Position numbers and translations under genes: made by a program
Shown: positions 25,534 to 35,912 of the stretch, piece after piece
How the letters are laid out: each line of letters starts with the position of its first letter
Numbering within the stretch: position 1 is the stretch's first letter
Notes under the pieces: generated by a model
Seen by the model: the letters and a program-made list of their open reading frames with translations, nothing else
Database searches by the model: none
What the model was told of the DNA's origin: nothing
IMG/VR virus record: IMGVR_UViG_3300008117_000010
Span: 1-64,000 of that record
Strand: one strand, 5' to 3'
Length of the DNA: 64,000 nt
DNA from: a virus

Positions 25534-26739
25534 ATGTCGACCAATAAAGAAACCACAACAGTAGAACAAGTTGATGTTAACTTGGATGAACTGTTAGGAA
25601 CACCAGGAGCAGAAAATGTAATGCTTCCTGAAGAACCAAAGAAACCTAGCATCTTTTCTAAAGATGAATTGGATATGTCGTTCATTGACAAGCCTGATGA
25701 CGAAGATGAGAGTGATGAAGAAAAAACTGTCTCAAAGTCTACTATAAAAGCTTTAGAAAATCTAAATAGCTTAATTCAAGAAAGCGATGAAGATATAAAT
25801 AAAGGCGGTAGACCTAAAATTGAGAAGAGTGGCATTGCAGAAGTATTAACAAAACTTGTTGAGAAAGGTGAGATATTTCCTTTTGATGATGACAAGAATT
25901 TTGATGATTACACAATGCAAGACTTTGAAGATTTAATTCAAGCCAATATTGCGGAGCGTGAAAAAAATATTCGTCGTAATACACCAAAAGAATTTTTTGA
26001 AGCATTACCAGAAGAACTTCAATATGCTGCTAAATATGTAGCAGATGGAGGTAATGATTTAAAAGGTTTGTTCCGCGTGTTAGCACAAACCGAAGAAGTT
26101 TTTGATTTAGATCCTGAAACAGAACATGGTCAAAAACAAATAGTAAGAGAATACTTAAGTGCTACTAATTTTGGTGAACCCGATGAAATTGAAGAAGAAA
26201 TTGAAAGTTGGTTAGATAGGGGTGAACTCGAAGCTAAAGCTATGAAGTTCAAACCAAAGTTGGATAAAATGCAAGAAGAAATTTTACAAGTAAAACTTGC
26301 AGAACAAGAACGTATTAAACAACAGCAACAAGCTGCTGCTCAAAACTACATGAAGAATGTATATGATACTCTTGCAACTGGACAACTTGGTGGAGTTAAG
26401 CTTGATAAAAAAACTCAAGGTTTACTTTATTCTGGTTTAGTTCAACCACAATATCCATCTATGTCAGGAAGACCTACTAATCTTTTGGGTCATTTGCTAG
26501 AGAAGTATCAATACGTAGAACCAAGGCATGATTTAATTGCTGAAGCTCTATGGTTACTAGCAGATCCAGATGGTTATAAAAGTAAAATTATGTCTCAAGG
26601 TTCAAAACAAGCTGTTGAAAAAACTGTGAGACAATTAAAAACTGCACAAGCAAGAATGACAACTTCTGCTCCTGTAGTTGAAAAAGAAGAAACTAAAACA
26701 AGGAGAATTCCTCGGAGTTCAAACTTTTTTAAACGTTAA
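25534..26739 (+). CDS. Putative capsid scaffolding protein
   Basis: Acidic N-terminus, helical, between portal and MCP. Confidence 0.6.
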   Translation: MSTNKETTTVEQVDVNLDELLGTPGAENVMLPEEPKKPSIFSKDELDMSFIDKPDDEDESDEEKTVSKSTIKALENLNSLIQESDEDINKGGRPKIEKSGIAEVLTKLVEKGEIFPFDDDKNFDDYTMQDFEDLIQANIAEREKNIRRNTPKEFFEALPEELQYAAKYVADGGNDLKGLFRVLAQTEEVFDLDPETEHGQKQIVREYLSATNFGEPDEIEEEIESWLDRGELEAKAMKFKPKLDKMQEEILQVKLAEQERIKQQQQAAAQNYMKNVYDTLATGQLGGVKLDKKTQGLLYSGLVQPQYPSMSGRPTNLLGHLLEKYQYVEPRHDLIAEALWLLADPDGYKSKIMSQGSKQAVEKTVRQLKTAQARMTTSAPVVEKEETKTRRIPRSSNFFKR

Positions 26740-26773
26740 CTATAAATTATTAAACAATTAAAACTTTAAAACA

Positions 26774-27028
26774 ATGAAAAAAAAATCTATGCCTAAAGCT
26801 CAAGTCGGTAAAGGAATACAAAAAGTCGGCAAAAAGGTTGAGCAAGTAGAAAAAAAAGTTGGTAGTACAGCACGTGGTCTTAAACAAGATTTAAAAAAAG
26901 CTGATGACTATCTTGAAAAAAGATATCCAAATGCAATTGGCAAAAACCCTTACTATCAGGGTGCAAAGAAAGTTGTAAAAACCGCTCTTGGTATGAAAAA
27001 GAAAGGCGGATCTACAAAGAAAAAATAA
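26774..27028 (+). CDS. Small Lys-rich internal protein
   Basis: PKAQVG and MKKKGG motifs shared with the cargo proteins. Confidence 0.65.
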   Translation: MKKKSMPKAQVGKGIQKVGKKVEQVEKKVGSTARGLKQDLKKADDYLEKRYPNAIGKNPYYQGAKKVVKTALGMKKKGGSTKKK

Positions 27029-27057
27029 TTTTTAACCCTTAATTATAATAAATAAAA

Positions 27058-28677
27058 ATGGCAACACCAGTTCTAAACAATGGTATATTTCTACGGGATA
27101 CCAGCTACGACGTTAGCTCGCACGTAGATTCTTACCACTTAACTAACATGCTGCGTGATGCAGATCCTCTTGATTTAGGTCCCGTTGATTTATGGGCAAT
27201 GACTCAAAAAGTGGAGATGCCTCTCTATCAAATGTCTAGCTTCGGTGGTCAGAACGTTATTTTAGTTGACAATGCACGCGGTGAGTACAAGTGGCAAACC
27301 CCACACGTACTTGATTTACCTTACATTGTTGATACAGTTGAAACCGGAAACTTACCCGTAGGTGCGGATGGTATTCCTTTCAAAATTAAAATTTCTCGCA
27401 GAGAATTCGGTCATGGTGATATCATCACTTATGATAAATTCAATGGTCTTGAAATGTACATTACTGCTGATGATATTCTTCCCCTTGGTGAAGGATTTTT
27501 GTACACTGTACAATTAGTAAATAATGACAATACTCAGACTCTTGATCCTACCGTTTTCTTAAGGCCTGGAACTAAAATCTTCCGCAAAGGTTCTGCACGT
27601 GGAGAATATGGAGAGCGTTTCTCTGATATCACCACTTCAGCAGGATTCCGTGAATTCTACAATTTCGTAGGTGGTGCTGAAGCTCACGTTCACTATTCTA
27701 TTTCATCTCGTGCAGACTTGATGATTAAAGGTGGTCTTAACGCTGATGGTACTGTACCCGTTACTGAAATTTGGAGATCATTTGATAAAACTGTTGATCC
27801 TTCAGTTTCTAACTTAGAGGATATGGTTAAGAAAATGGGTCCTGATTATGTTAAATCAGCTATGAAAAATGGCTCACTTTCTCGCACGTTTATGACCGCA
27901 ATGGAAGCTGCTCACCTTACTAAAATTGCCAATGACATTGAGCAATATCTTATGTGGGGACAGGGTGGTCGCGTTCGCCAAGATGGTCCCGATGATATTC
28001 GTTTATCTGTGGGTCTTTGGAAGCAGCTCGATAACTCTTTCAAGCGTATTTATAACAAAGCTAACTTTAACTTAGATTTATTCCGTTCTGAAATTTACAA
28101 TTTCTACGCAGGTAAAGTAGACTTCCAAGGTCCAGATCCTAAGCGTCAATTGATTGTACAAACTGGAATGGGTGGAATGCGTATGGTTAATGAAGCTATT
28201 AGGCGTGAAGCTGTTAACTCAGGACTCGTTATTCAAGCTGCTGACATTGGTGCTATTACCAGCAAAGGTATGGATCTTGGATTTGGATTTGCATATACTA
28301 GCTATATCATTCCTTTCCTTGCTAATGTTAAGTTTGTTCTGAACCCTGCATTTGACAACTTACATACCAACGATGTTGAAAACCCAATCATTGATGGTTT
28401 CCCATTGTCTTCATATAGCTTTATTATTTTCGATATTACCGATAATACCAACGATAATATCTTCTTGCTCAAACTTTCTTGGGACAATCAATTGAAGTGG
28501 TTCTATCAAAATGGTACCATGGACTATATGGGACGTTCACAAGGTTTTGCTTCAAGCGGACAATTTAACGGATATCGTGTATATATGACTCAAACGATGC
28601 CAGCTATTTGGGTAAAAGACCCAACTAAAGTGTTGAAGATCGTTATGAGAAACCCTGTAACCGGAGGTTCACTCTAA
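27058..28677 (+). CDS. Major capsid protein
   Basis: 539 aa, biased codon usage (TTC, AAC, CGT), followed by a strong terminator; crAss-like gene order. Confidence 0.88.
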   Translation: MATPVLNNGIFLRDTSYDVSSHVDSYHLTNMLRDADPLDLGPVDLWAMTQKVEMPLYQMSSFGGQNVILVDNARGEYKWQTPHVLDLPYIVDTVETGNLPVGADGIPFKIKISRREFGHGDIITYDKFNGLEMYITADDILPLGEGFLYTVQLVNNDNTQTLDPTVFLRPGTKIFRKGSARGEYGERFSDITTSAGFREFYNFVGGAEAHVHYSISSRADLMIKGGLNADGTVPVTEIWRSFDKTVDPSVSNLEDMVKKMGPDYVKSAMKNGSLSRTFMTAMEAAHLTKIANDIEQYLMWGQGGRVRQDGPDDIRLSVGLWKQLDNSFKRIYNKANFNLDLFRSEIYNFYAGKVDFQGPDPKRQLIVQTGMGGMRMVNEAIRREAVNSGLVIQAADIGAITSKGMDLGFGFAYTSYIIPFLANVKFVLNPAFDNLHTNDVENPIIDGFPLSSYSFIIFDITDNTNDNIFLLKLSWDNQLKWFYQNGTMDYMGRSQGFASSGQFNGYRVYMTQTMPAIWVKDPTKVLKIVMRNPVTGGSL

Positions 28678-28690
28678 TAATAGGATTTCA

Positions 28691-28720
28691 AAATAGGGGG
28701 AGCTTTAAACTCCCCCTATT
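28691..28720 (+). terminator. Intrinsic terminator after MCP
   Basis: AAATAGGGGGAG-CTTTAAA-CTCCCCCTATTT. Confidence 0.8.
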
Positions 28721-28756
28721 TAAATTAAATAAATTTAAATCTTAATATATATAACG

Positions 28757-29203
28757 ATGGCTATTTACGCTCTTAAAAATAAATCTTGGGCATACCAGTA
28801 TTTAAACTCTAAACTAACTGATTTACGTCATAACCTTTTAGGTTATCGTACATATAAAGTAATGCTTACGCAAAGTCTAACCGATGCCCCCGTTGCTACG
28901 GTTATAGATAATTCTTTAGGTTTGGATGTTACATATTCATATGTAGGTCCTGGAACTTACGTATTAACTACAAGCAATGCTTTATTTGCAACTCCTACTG
29001 AAACGGTTCAAGGTAAAAAATTAGAAGTAACAATTACTCCTAGTTCATCTATTCTTGTTGCAGATACTATTGCATTTACAGCATATCCTGTATTTTTTAA
29101 TACAGTAGGAATTCAATCAGTAAATTTAACAACCGCAGTAAATGACGATGATTTAATTGGAAATTTCTGTTCAGTTGTTTTAGAAATTAAAGTTTATAAC
29201 TAA
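28757..29203 (+). CDS. Putative head fibre/decoration protein
   Basis: YKVMLTQSxTDAPVATVIDNSLG beta-domain; follows MCP. Confidence 0.5.
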   Translation: MAIYALKNKSWAYQYLNSKLTDLRHNLLGYRTYKVMLTQSLTDAPVATVIDNSLGLDVTYSYVGPGTYVLTTSNALFATPTETVQGKKLEVTITPSSSILVADTIAFTAYPVFFNTVGIQSVNLTTAVNDDDLIGNFCSVVLEIKVYN

Positions 29204-29217
29204 TTAAATATAAAAAT

Positions 29218-29334
29218 ATGAACCGATTTACTCAACAATCATTTGAACAGTGGCTTGATCATGTATGCACGCCACTTGACGATAACGGTGCAAAAGCAGC
29301 AGAAATACTTGCTTTAGTACTTAGTAAACTATAA
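29218..29334 (+). CDS. Small hypothetical protein (38 aa)
   Basis: MNRFTQQSFEQWLDHVC...; fills the intergenic gap with an A-rich leader. Confidence 0.45.
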   Translation: MNRFTQQSFEQWLDHVCTPLDDNGAKAAEILALVLSKL

Positions 29335-29362
29335 TAAATAATTAATAATTAAAACCAACATC

Positions 29363-30364
29363 ATGTCATTTACATTTTTAGAAACTACAACAGCACCCAT
29401 TCAGATTAAACCTTATTTCAGTCAAAAGATTGATAATATGGGTTTAGAGAAGTATGGCTTGTCATTATTTGATGGCGTATTTCATGAAGAACAATTAGCT
29501 TGTGTTGAAAATAACGGTGTTCGCCGTTATATTACTGGACTTAATGAGTTTGCTCCTTCAGTAAAACAAATTAAAGATCCAGAAAAACGTGAAGCAAAGA
29601 TTAATGAAATTCGTAAAATCGTAGCTCAATTAGAAATGGAACTTGCTTCTAATTCTATTAGACACGATGATCCAGAATTCTGGAACAAAGTAAAATTGCT
29701 ACGTCCTGATAATGATGCCTTTTGGGGCAAGATAAGTATTCGTTGTGGAAATCATCCTGTTTATTTAAATCCGCAGGATCCACATGATTTAATTAAAATA
29801 TTAGCAATTGAAGAAGGTGGTTTTTCAATTATAGCTAAAAGCTATGAAGATGCAAAAACGAAACCAGGTGGTTGTAAATTTTATTTAGATCGTTACGAAG
29901 AAACTATTAGCACTAAAACTTCAACTAAGAAAATTAAAAATAAAGCTCTTGCTAAACTGCAGAAACTTTATGATAGTAATCCTAGTAAGTTATTTTACGT
30001 TGCTAAAATTCTTGACTCAACAGGTGCCAATTATAAGAAGTCAACTCCAAATGATTTGTTGTATGATAATATGGATGTATATATAAATGGTAATGGTGTT
30101 GAATCAAGTATCATTAAAGCTTCTGAACTTTTTATTGAAGCCGAAGAAGCATCAATGGAAGATTTAAAAATTCGTGCATTAGTACGTGATGCAATTTACT
30201 ATAAGTTTATTGTGTCAAAAGCTGATGGATACATTTATGAAAAGACAACTAATACAATGCTTGGTCGTAATTCCGCAGATGTAGCTGAGTTTTTAAAGAA
30301 TCCAATGAATGATGATCTTACTAATCAATTATTAGAGAGTGTTGAACATTATTGGAATCGCTAA
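29363..30364 (+). CDS. Conserved crAss-like morphogenesis protein
   Basis: Position after MCP; FW...LNPQDPHDLIK motif. Confidence 0.6.
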   Translation: MSFTFLETTTAPIQIKPYFSQKIDNMGLEKYGLSLFDGVFHEEQLACVENNGVRRYITGLNEFAPSVKQIKDPEKREAKINEIRKIVAQLEMELASNSIRHDDPEFWNKVKLLRPDNDAFWGKISIRCGNHPVYLNPQDPHDLIKILAIEEGGFSIIAKSYEDAKTKPGGCKFYLDRYEETISTKTSTKKIKNKALAKLQKLYDSNPSKLFYVAKILDSTGANYKKSTPNDLLYDNMDVYINGNGVESSIIKASELFIEAEEASMEDLKIRALVRDAIYYKFIVSKADGYIYEKTTNTMLGRNSADVAEFLKNPMNDDLTNQLLESVEHYWNR

Positions 30365-30468
30365 TGAAACCTAATAAAAATGAAGAGGGTCCTAAAAAAG
30401 AATCTATGAATCCTAATAAATTAAAGGGTCCTAGAAAAATGAAGACTCCAAAGCTTTATAAAAAATAG
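30364..30468 (+). CDS. Basic peptide with internal repeat (34 aa)
   Basis: MKPNKNEEGPKK / MNPNKLKGPRK tandem. Confidence 0.45.
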   Translation: MKPNKNEEGPKKESMNPNKLKGPRKMKTPKLYKK

Positions 30469-30493
30469 GAGAAGGGAATTGTCCCTTCTCCTT
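30468..30493 (+). terminator. Hairpin/terminator
   Basis: GGAGAAGGGA-ATTG-TCCCTTCTCC. Confidence 0.6.
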
Positions 30494-30514
30494 CACTAAT
30501 TAATATTTTAGACT

Positions 30515-30712
30515 ATGGCAAAAGATAAAAAACCCTCATCAGGTTTAACAGAAAAACAAAAATCTGCAGTTGCTAAAAAAGCAAGAGCAGGTAAAGATAT
30601 TGGTAAAAAAGGTAAATCTTTTGACAAAGTTGCTGCTGCTGCAGGTGGTGGTGAAAAAGGAAAAAGAATTGCTGCTGCAGCTATGTGGAAAAGTATCAAA
30701 CGTAAAGGATAA
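30515..30712 (+). CDS. Small basic protein
   Basis: KKARAGKDIGKKGKSFDKVA...AAAAMWK; K/A/G-rich. Confidence 0.7.
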   Translation: MAKDKKPSSGLTEKQKSAVAKKARAGKDIGKKGKSFDKVAAAAGGGEKGKRIAAAAMWKSIKRKG

Positions 30713-31416
30713 TGAATAATACAACCCTACAACTCAAAATAAAACAAAGGCTTAATAAGCTTGCTAGCAATGATTATGATAATCTTGAATGCTGGCAGAT
30801 TATTGAAGCTTTTAATAAAGCACAAATACAATGGGTTCGTAGACAAATTATGGGAGCTAACCAATTACGTGAAGCTGCAGAACAATCAACTTTAAAGATT
30901 GGAGACTTACAAATACTTTTAACTGAAGTTAATTTAAACTTAACTCAGAATCAAATTTATGCAGAGTCTCAAGAATTACCAAGTGACTTTTTACATCATA
31001 ATAGAATTGAAGCATTTGTTAAAAAAGATTGTTGTCCTGATGAGCAAATGATATATGTGTATTTAGCTCAAGAAGCTAATATACCTGCTCTACTTGAAAA
31101 TGATTTTACTAAACCTAGTTTTCAATGGGGTGAAACATTTGGAACATATGCAGGAAATAGATTTAGAATCTATAATAATAATGAGTTTAATATAGTAAAT
31201 GCTAAACTTATGTATTATAGATCTCCAACTAAAATTCAAATTGCAGGATGTGTGGATCCATATTCATTACAACAATCCAATACAAATGTAATTTGTGAAT
31301 TTAAAGATGATATAGCAGAAATACTTGCAGATGAAACTGCAAAAATACTATCTGGTGATATTGAATCATTTAACCAATATTCAATTCAATCAGGATCAGT
31401 AACTACAAATACGTAA
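30712..31416 (+). CDS. Putative head-tail ring/adaptor protein
   Basis: FNKAQ and YYRxP motifs; crAss-like position. Confidence 0.55.
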   Translation: MNNTTLQLKIKQRLNKLASNDYDNLECWQIIEAFNKAQIQWVRRQIMGANQLREAAEQSTLKIGDLQILLTEVNLNLTQNQIYAESQELPSDFLHHNRIEAFVKKDCCPDEQMIYVYLAQEANIPALLENDFTKPSFQWGETFGTYAGNRFRIYNNNEFNIVNAKLMYYRSPTKIQIAGCVDPYSLQQSNTNVICEFKDDIAEILADETAKILSGDIESFNQYSIQSGSVTTNT

Positions 31417-31512
31417 CCTAATAAGAAGTTTTCTTAAATAATATTGCATATTCTTTAAAGACTTCTTATATTATATATATAAATTGTTTGTTTAACTTTT
31501 AAAAATTAAATT

Positions 31513-33039
31513 ATGTCTTATTTTAATCATGCTTTCCAAAAAGCTTTTGTAGGCACAGGTGGCTACAATGGTAATACGGTTGGTTCTACTACAGCAGGAT
31601 TAACTCCAAGCAGCACCCCACAGTTTGCGTTTTACGACCAAAACTATAATGGTGTTAACCTTGGAAACATTGTTGCTGGTGAATCTAACTGTTGTCCTCT
31701 TATTCTTGCTTCCGCTTCTTTCCGTACTTCGGATATGATAGGACCCTATCATGGTGGATACCAAGAATCTAACAAATCAAAGGTTATTAACCCGAAGTAT
31801 GTTACTAAATTCTATCGTGTTGATAACTGTGATGTTCAGCAAGCTCAAGTATTGGTTGGTCAAACCAACTTATCTTTTGAAAACCCTGCTTGTTGTAAAG
31901 AATTTTTGTGTGATGAAACTTACTATCTACGTGTAGATATTAAAGGTTCACCCGCACTTGAATTTTTAACTCGTAATGCTTATCTCACAGCAGATGCATA
32001 CACGGGTTGTTGTGCTGACCCAGCAGCAGCACCTACTGCAGTAAATCCATTAATCGTTTATGTTCAATGGGCATATAACTTATTAAGGAACCAAACCATT
32101 AATCCATTTATCAGTGTTACTCCTACGTATACAACTGACAATGGTGTTAACTGGACTGCAATTGGTGATGGAACTAGCTCTGCAGCTAACTTACAAACTC
32201 TTTTAGATTTTATCACTGGAGTTACTCCTTATCCTGCGGTAAGTGACTGTGTTACAGATCCTACGCATGGTGCAGGTCTTATTATAGATGGTGCTTATGT
32301 AGACACCCGCTTCGCAGATTGTACTTTCTATCCTACCGATGGAACTAAAGCTTTCTTAGAGCCTGTTGTTGTTCTTGCATCTGAAGTTGATTTTAACGGA
32401 GATCCTTGTGCATTTACTGGTATCTGCGTTGTTGATCAGTGTGATCCTATTCAATTAAAAGGAAGTGGTGAAAAAGTAATTCGTGAAGTAATGCTTACCG
32501 AAGCTTATCGTCAACAACCTACTCATACTGGTAAAGATCTTCGCATTCGCGAAATTACTGGTGGTACTGATATTTTCACTGCTATTCCACGTAATGCATT
32601 CTATACCCGTTATTTTATCGAGCACGTAGTTCCACGTTTCAACAATCCTTCTGGAGTATTTGATAACGATCGTTACTTACTCGAAATTGTTGCTAACCCA
32701 AGCGTTACAACTTTTGCAACCGGCGTATCTATTGATACTACTCCTCCTGTAGCAGATGAAACTGGTATTGGTATCGGTGATGTTGTTTACTTGAATGGTG
32801 TTGATACGACCTTAACTGTTGCTAGTGTTGGACCTCTTACATTAAGTGGTAACATAGTTGTTGCAGCAGGTGATGTATTAACCTTCCTTGAAGCCAACCT
32901 TCATGAATTTGAAGTTGACGTAAATGGATGGTTAGCATGTGCTAATGGTGGTCAAGAGTGTGTACAGTTAGAAATTATTAACTGTAATGGAATTTGTACT
33001 CCTGCTGATCCTGAAGTGATAGTAGAAGGTATAGGTTAA
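31513..33039 (+). CDS. Abundant structural protein (auxiliary capsid candidate)
   Basis: MCP-like codon bias, own upstream gap and terminator. Confidence 0.55.
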   Translation: MSYFNHAFQKAFVGTGGYNGNTVGSTTAGLTPSSTPQFAFYDQNYNGVNLGNIVAGESNCCPLILASASFRTSDMIGPYHGGYQESNKSKVINPKYVTKFYRVDNCDVQQAQVLVGQTNLSFENPACCKEFLCDETYYLRVDIKGSPALEFLTRNAYLTADAYTGCCADPAAAPTAVNPLIVYVQWAYNLLRNQTINPFISVTPTYTTDNGVNWTAIGDGTSSAANLQTLLDFITGVTPYPAVSDCVTDPTHGAGLIIDGAYVDTRFADCTFYPTDGTKAFLEPVVVLASEVDFNGDPCAFTGICVVDQCDPIQLKGSGEKVIREVMLTEAYRQQPTHTGKDLRIREITGGTDIFTAIPRNAFYTRYFIEHVVPRFNNPSGVFDNDRYLLEIVANPSVTTFATGVSIDTTPPVADETGIGIGDVVYLNGVDTTLTVASVGPLTLSGNIVVAAGDVLTFLEANLHEFEVDVNGWLACANGGQECVQLEIINCNGICTPADPEVIVEGIG

Positions 33040-33061
33040 TTTTCATTTACTAACTAATAAA

Positions 33062-33098
33062 AAAAGGGAGAGTGAGATCTGTATCTCCTCTCCCTTTT
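33062..33098 (+). terminator. Intrinsic terminator
   Basis: AAAAGGGAGAG..GAGAT-CTGT-ATCTC-CTCTCCCTTTT. Confidence 0.7.
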
Positions 33099-33111
33099 AA
33101 TCTTTAAAATT

Positions 33112-33672
33112 ATGGCTCAACATAAATTATCATTAGAAGTACCAGATACATTAAATAAATGTATATTCAGAATAATTGATACAAGTATCTATTCTGATCT
33201 TGTACCTTTGGAATGTGGTCTATTACAAATTACTCCTCCAGGATTTACTGAGTCATATTCTCTTGAGTTAGATCCTGGGTTTATTGAAAATATTACACTT
33301 TGTCAATTAGGTGTACAAACTACTAATTGTAGTAATTATAATAATGACTTTTCTGATGGTGTATATGTTATAAAATATAGCGTTGCACCAAATGAAACTG
33401 TATATGTTGAATATAATCATTTACGAATTACTTCAACATTAAATTTATTAAATGACTTATTATGCTGTATTGATGTGCCAAATTGTGCGCCTCAAGGTAA
33501 AATAAAAGAAGTTTTAAAAGAAATACATATATTAGATGCAATGTTAAAGGCTGCAAAAGCCCAAGTAGAATATTGTCAAAAACCAAATAATGGCACTAAC
33601 ATTCTTAACTACGTACATAATAGATTAAAGAAATTATACGGAGAAGCAGGATGTGGATGCTTAACATGTTAA
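33112..33672 (+). CDS. Structural protein
   Basis: DGVYVIKYSV motif; Cys-rich; tail module. Confidence 0.6.
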   Translation: MAQHKLSLEVPDTLNKCIFRIIDTSIYSDLVPLECGLLQITPPGFTESYSLELDPGFIENITLCQLGVQTTNCSNYNNDFSDGVYVIKYSVAPNETVYVEYNHLRITSTLNLLNDLLCCIDVPNCAPQGKIKEVLKEIHILDAMLKAAKAQVEYCQKPNNGTNILNYVHNRLKKLYGEAGCGCLTC

Positions 33673-33692
33673 ACTTTTAAAAACCAACAACA

Positions 33693-33827
33693 ATGGCTTC
33701 AAAATGCGGAAACTGTGGAAATCGTTTAGGATGCGGATGTCAAAAAAGAACAACTGCTGATGGTAGAACGGGATGTGTTAAATGCATTAATAAATTACAG
33801 CAAGAAAAACCCAAAGAAAAGGAATGA
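33693..33827 (+). CDS. Small Cys-rich protein (44 aa)
   Basis: MASKCGNCGNRLGCGCQKR...CVKC; ATGA overlap with the next gene. Confidence 0.6.
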   Translation: MASKCGNCGNRLGCGCQKRTTADGRTGCVKCINKLQQEKPKEKE

Positions 33828-35887
33828 GTTTAATACAAACATATGCTCAGTTTGCTAGTGTAGCAGGAGATACAAGTTCAATATACAGTAGTCCTGATAA
33901 TGGTGTTACTTGGAATCCTATAAATAGTTTTAATCCACACATTTTTGTGGATGGATCATTTATTCGTGGATCTCTTCACACTCATAAGTATAATCATAAT
34001 AAAGTATTTTTTGCTGGTTGTAGTTCTCTTGGAACTACACGAATTGTTAGATCCTTTAACCAAGGAATATCTGCTTTTATTGCAGGTGGAAACTGGAGTA
34101 TCGTAGCTACAAATGATTTTACAAATGGGTCATTTTTAAATGGAAGATTTTCATCTGCTAGTATAGATGATATATACTTAATAGGAGATCAATATTTATA
34201 TAAATCATCTAATAAGGGATTTACATTTAATTATGTTGGTCTTTTAAATAATATTTTAAATACTACTATAACTCTAGGTACATATAGAGATGTCTTCTTT
34301 GCAAACCAAAATGTAGGTATAATTTCAGTATACGATGAAGTTTATACAACAATTGACGGTGGAACAACATGGAATATTTTACCAGTAATACCTTCAGTTA
34401 TTATTCGTAGTGCAATTATTGATTCAACTGGTCTTAATATTAATTTATTAGAAGAATCAGGATTAAACTTTACTGTATATAATAGTATAGATGGTGGTGT
34501 TACTTGGACATCTTTTACAGCTGTAGGAAGTGCAAGAAGATTTTTACCGTGTCTTGATGATCCAAATACACTCTATATAGAAAAAAGAACACCACAAACT
34601 TCAATATATAAATCTGTTAACTTTGGAATAAATTGGGTACAAATAGTTGGAAGTGCCTCAACTACAGTTAATTTTTTTAATAATGATTGTGCTTCAACAG
34701 GTACTGGTCTTGCAGATTTTTCTACGTATAGAACAATAAATGGTGGTGTAACATATACTCAACAACTTGCAGGACTTTCGAGATTATATGCTGCTACAGC
34801 TACGTCATATGAATGTGGTTGTCCACCTGATAGTATTACAATAGATAATGAATGTATTTGGGGAGAACCATCGTGTTATACAACAACTCCTCCATATTTA
34901 GAGGGAACTGAATGTTATTCAGAAGCTCCTATACCTTGTTGTTATTCATTAATTCCATGTATTCTTAATGGAGGACCAATACAAACTAATGAAGTATTAA
35001 CACCAGGAATTGGTCAATACGTTGGTCAAGTTGTTAAAATAGAAAGTTCAAATAGTTGTTATCAGGTAACAGTTACTGATTCTATTTGTGATGAAGGTAT
35101 TGCAGTAGTTGTTGAATCTGTATATGAAGATTGTTATGGTTGTAATCCCGTTTATATGTTAACTGCATGTAACGATGTTGAACCACCAATTATTTCACCA
35201 TTATATACAACACAAGTTGAATTTGCTGATTACTTAGGTCAAGTCGTTTGGATTGATAGTAGTAGTACTCCAGCATTTAGAACATGTTATTTTGTAGGTA
35301 TTGGACCTTATGATGCAACAGTTGGTACATTACCATCAGTAACTCAAAGTTTTGATTCATGTGAACTTTGTGGATACTATAGACTTATTAACTGTCTTGA
35401 TCAAAATGATATATTATATAGTCTAGATACTACGCTAAATACATATTTAGATAAGGTAGGTAAATATAATGACGCTTGTTATCAAGTAGAGTTTGTAAAT
35501 GGATATATTGATGAGGAATTTATTAATAATCCGTTTACTGAAAATCCATATGAAGATTGCGCATGTTGTACATATACGCCTCCTGAACCAGAATTTAAAA
35601 AATATACCCGTGTAATTCCAGAACCAGTACGTGAGTTTTATAGAATCGCACAAAGTAAATGTCATATTGAAACATATGTAAAATACGGAGTAGCATGGTA
35701 TTCAGAATACATGAAAATTGCTCAAGGTATAAATACTTGTGTTGATGTTGACGTTGATAAAATCTGGTTAAAAATGAAATTACAAGAGCTTAGTTTATTA
35801 AATGATGAGACAGCTTGTACAACAACATCAATAATTCCACCAGAAGAATGTGATGAACCAACTGGATGGCAACCGACATTTCAATAA
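33824..35887 (+). CDS. Tail protein with Asp-box/BNR beta-propeller and Cys-rich repeats
   Basis: SPDNGVTW, TIDGGTTW, SIDGGVTW, SVNFGINW Asp-boxes; repeated YxLxxC...YxGxV...CYxV...xxCxxC modules. Confidence 0.75.
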   Translation: MSLIQTYAQFASVAGDTSSIYSSPDNGVTWNPINSFNPHIFVDGSFIRGSLHTHKYNHNKVFFAGCSSLGTTRIVRSFNQGISAFIAGGNWSIVATNDFTNGSFLNGRFSSASIDDIYLIGDQYLYKSSNKGFTFNYVGLLNNILNTTITLGTYRDVFFANQNVGIISVYDEVYTTIDGGTTWNILPVIPSVIIRSAIIDSTGLNINLLEESGLNFTVYNSIDGGVTWTSFTAVGSARRFLPCLDDPNTLYIEKRTPQTSIYKSVNFGINWVQIVGSASTTVNFFNNDCASTGTGLADFSTYRTINGGVTYTQQLAGLSRLYAATATSYECGCPPDSITIDNECIWGEPSCYTTTPPYLEGTECYSEAPIPCCYSLIPCILNGGPIQTNEVLTPGIGQYVGQVVKIESSNSCYQVTVTDSICDEGIAVVVESVYEDCYGCNPVYMLTACNDVEPPIISPLYTTQVEFADYLGQVVWIDSSSTPAFRTCYFVGIGPYDATVGTLPSVTQSFDSCELCGYYRLINCLDQNDILYSLDTTLNTYLDKVGKYNDACYQVEFVNGYIDEEFINNPFTENPYEDCACCTYTPPEPEFKKYTRVIPEPVREFYRIAQSKCHIETYVKYGVAWYSEYMKIAQGINTCVDVDVDKIWLKMKLQELSLLNDETACTTTSIIPPEECDEPTGWQPTFQ

Positions 35888-35912
35888 AATTTATTAAATT
35901 ATAATAGAAGAT

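Noticed and set aside
20444-28677. Introns or inteins in terminase, portal or MCP
   Set aside because: Continuous ORFs of expected size with no visible splicing or homing-endonuclease motifs
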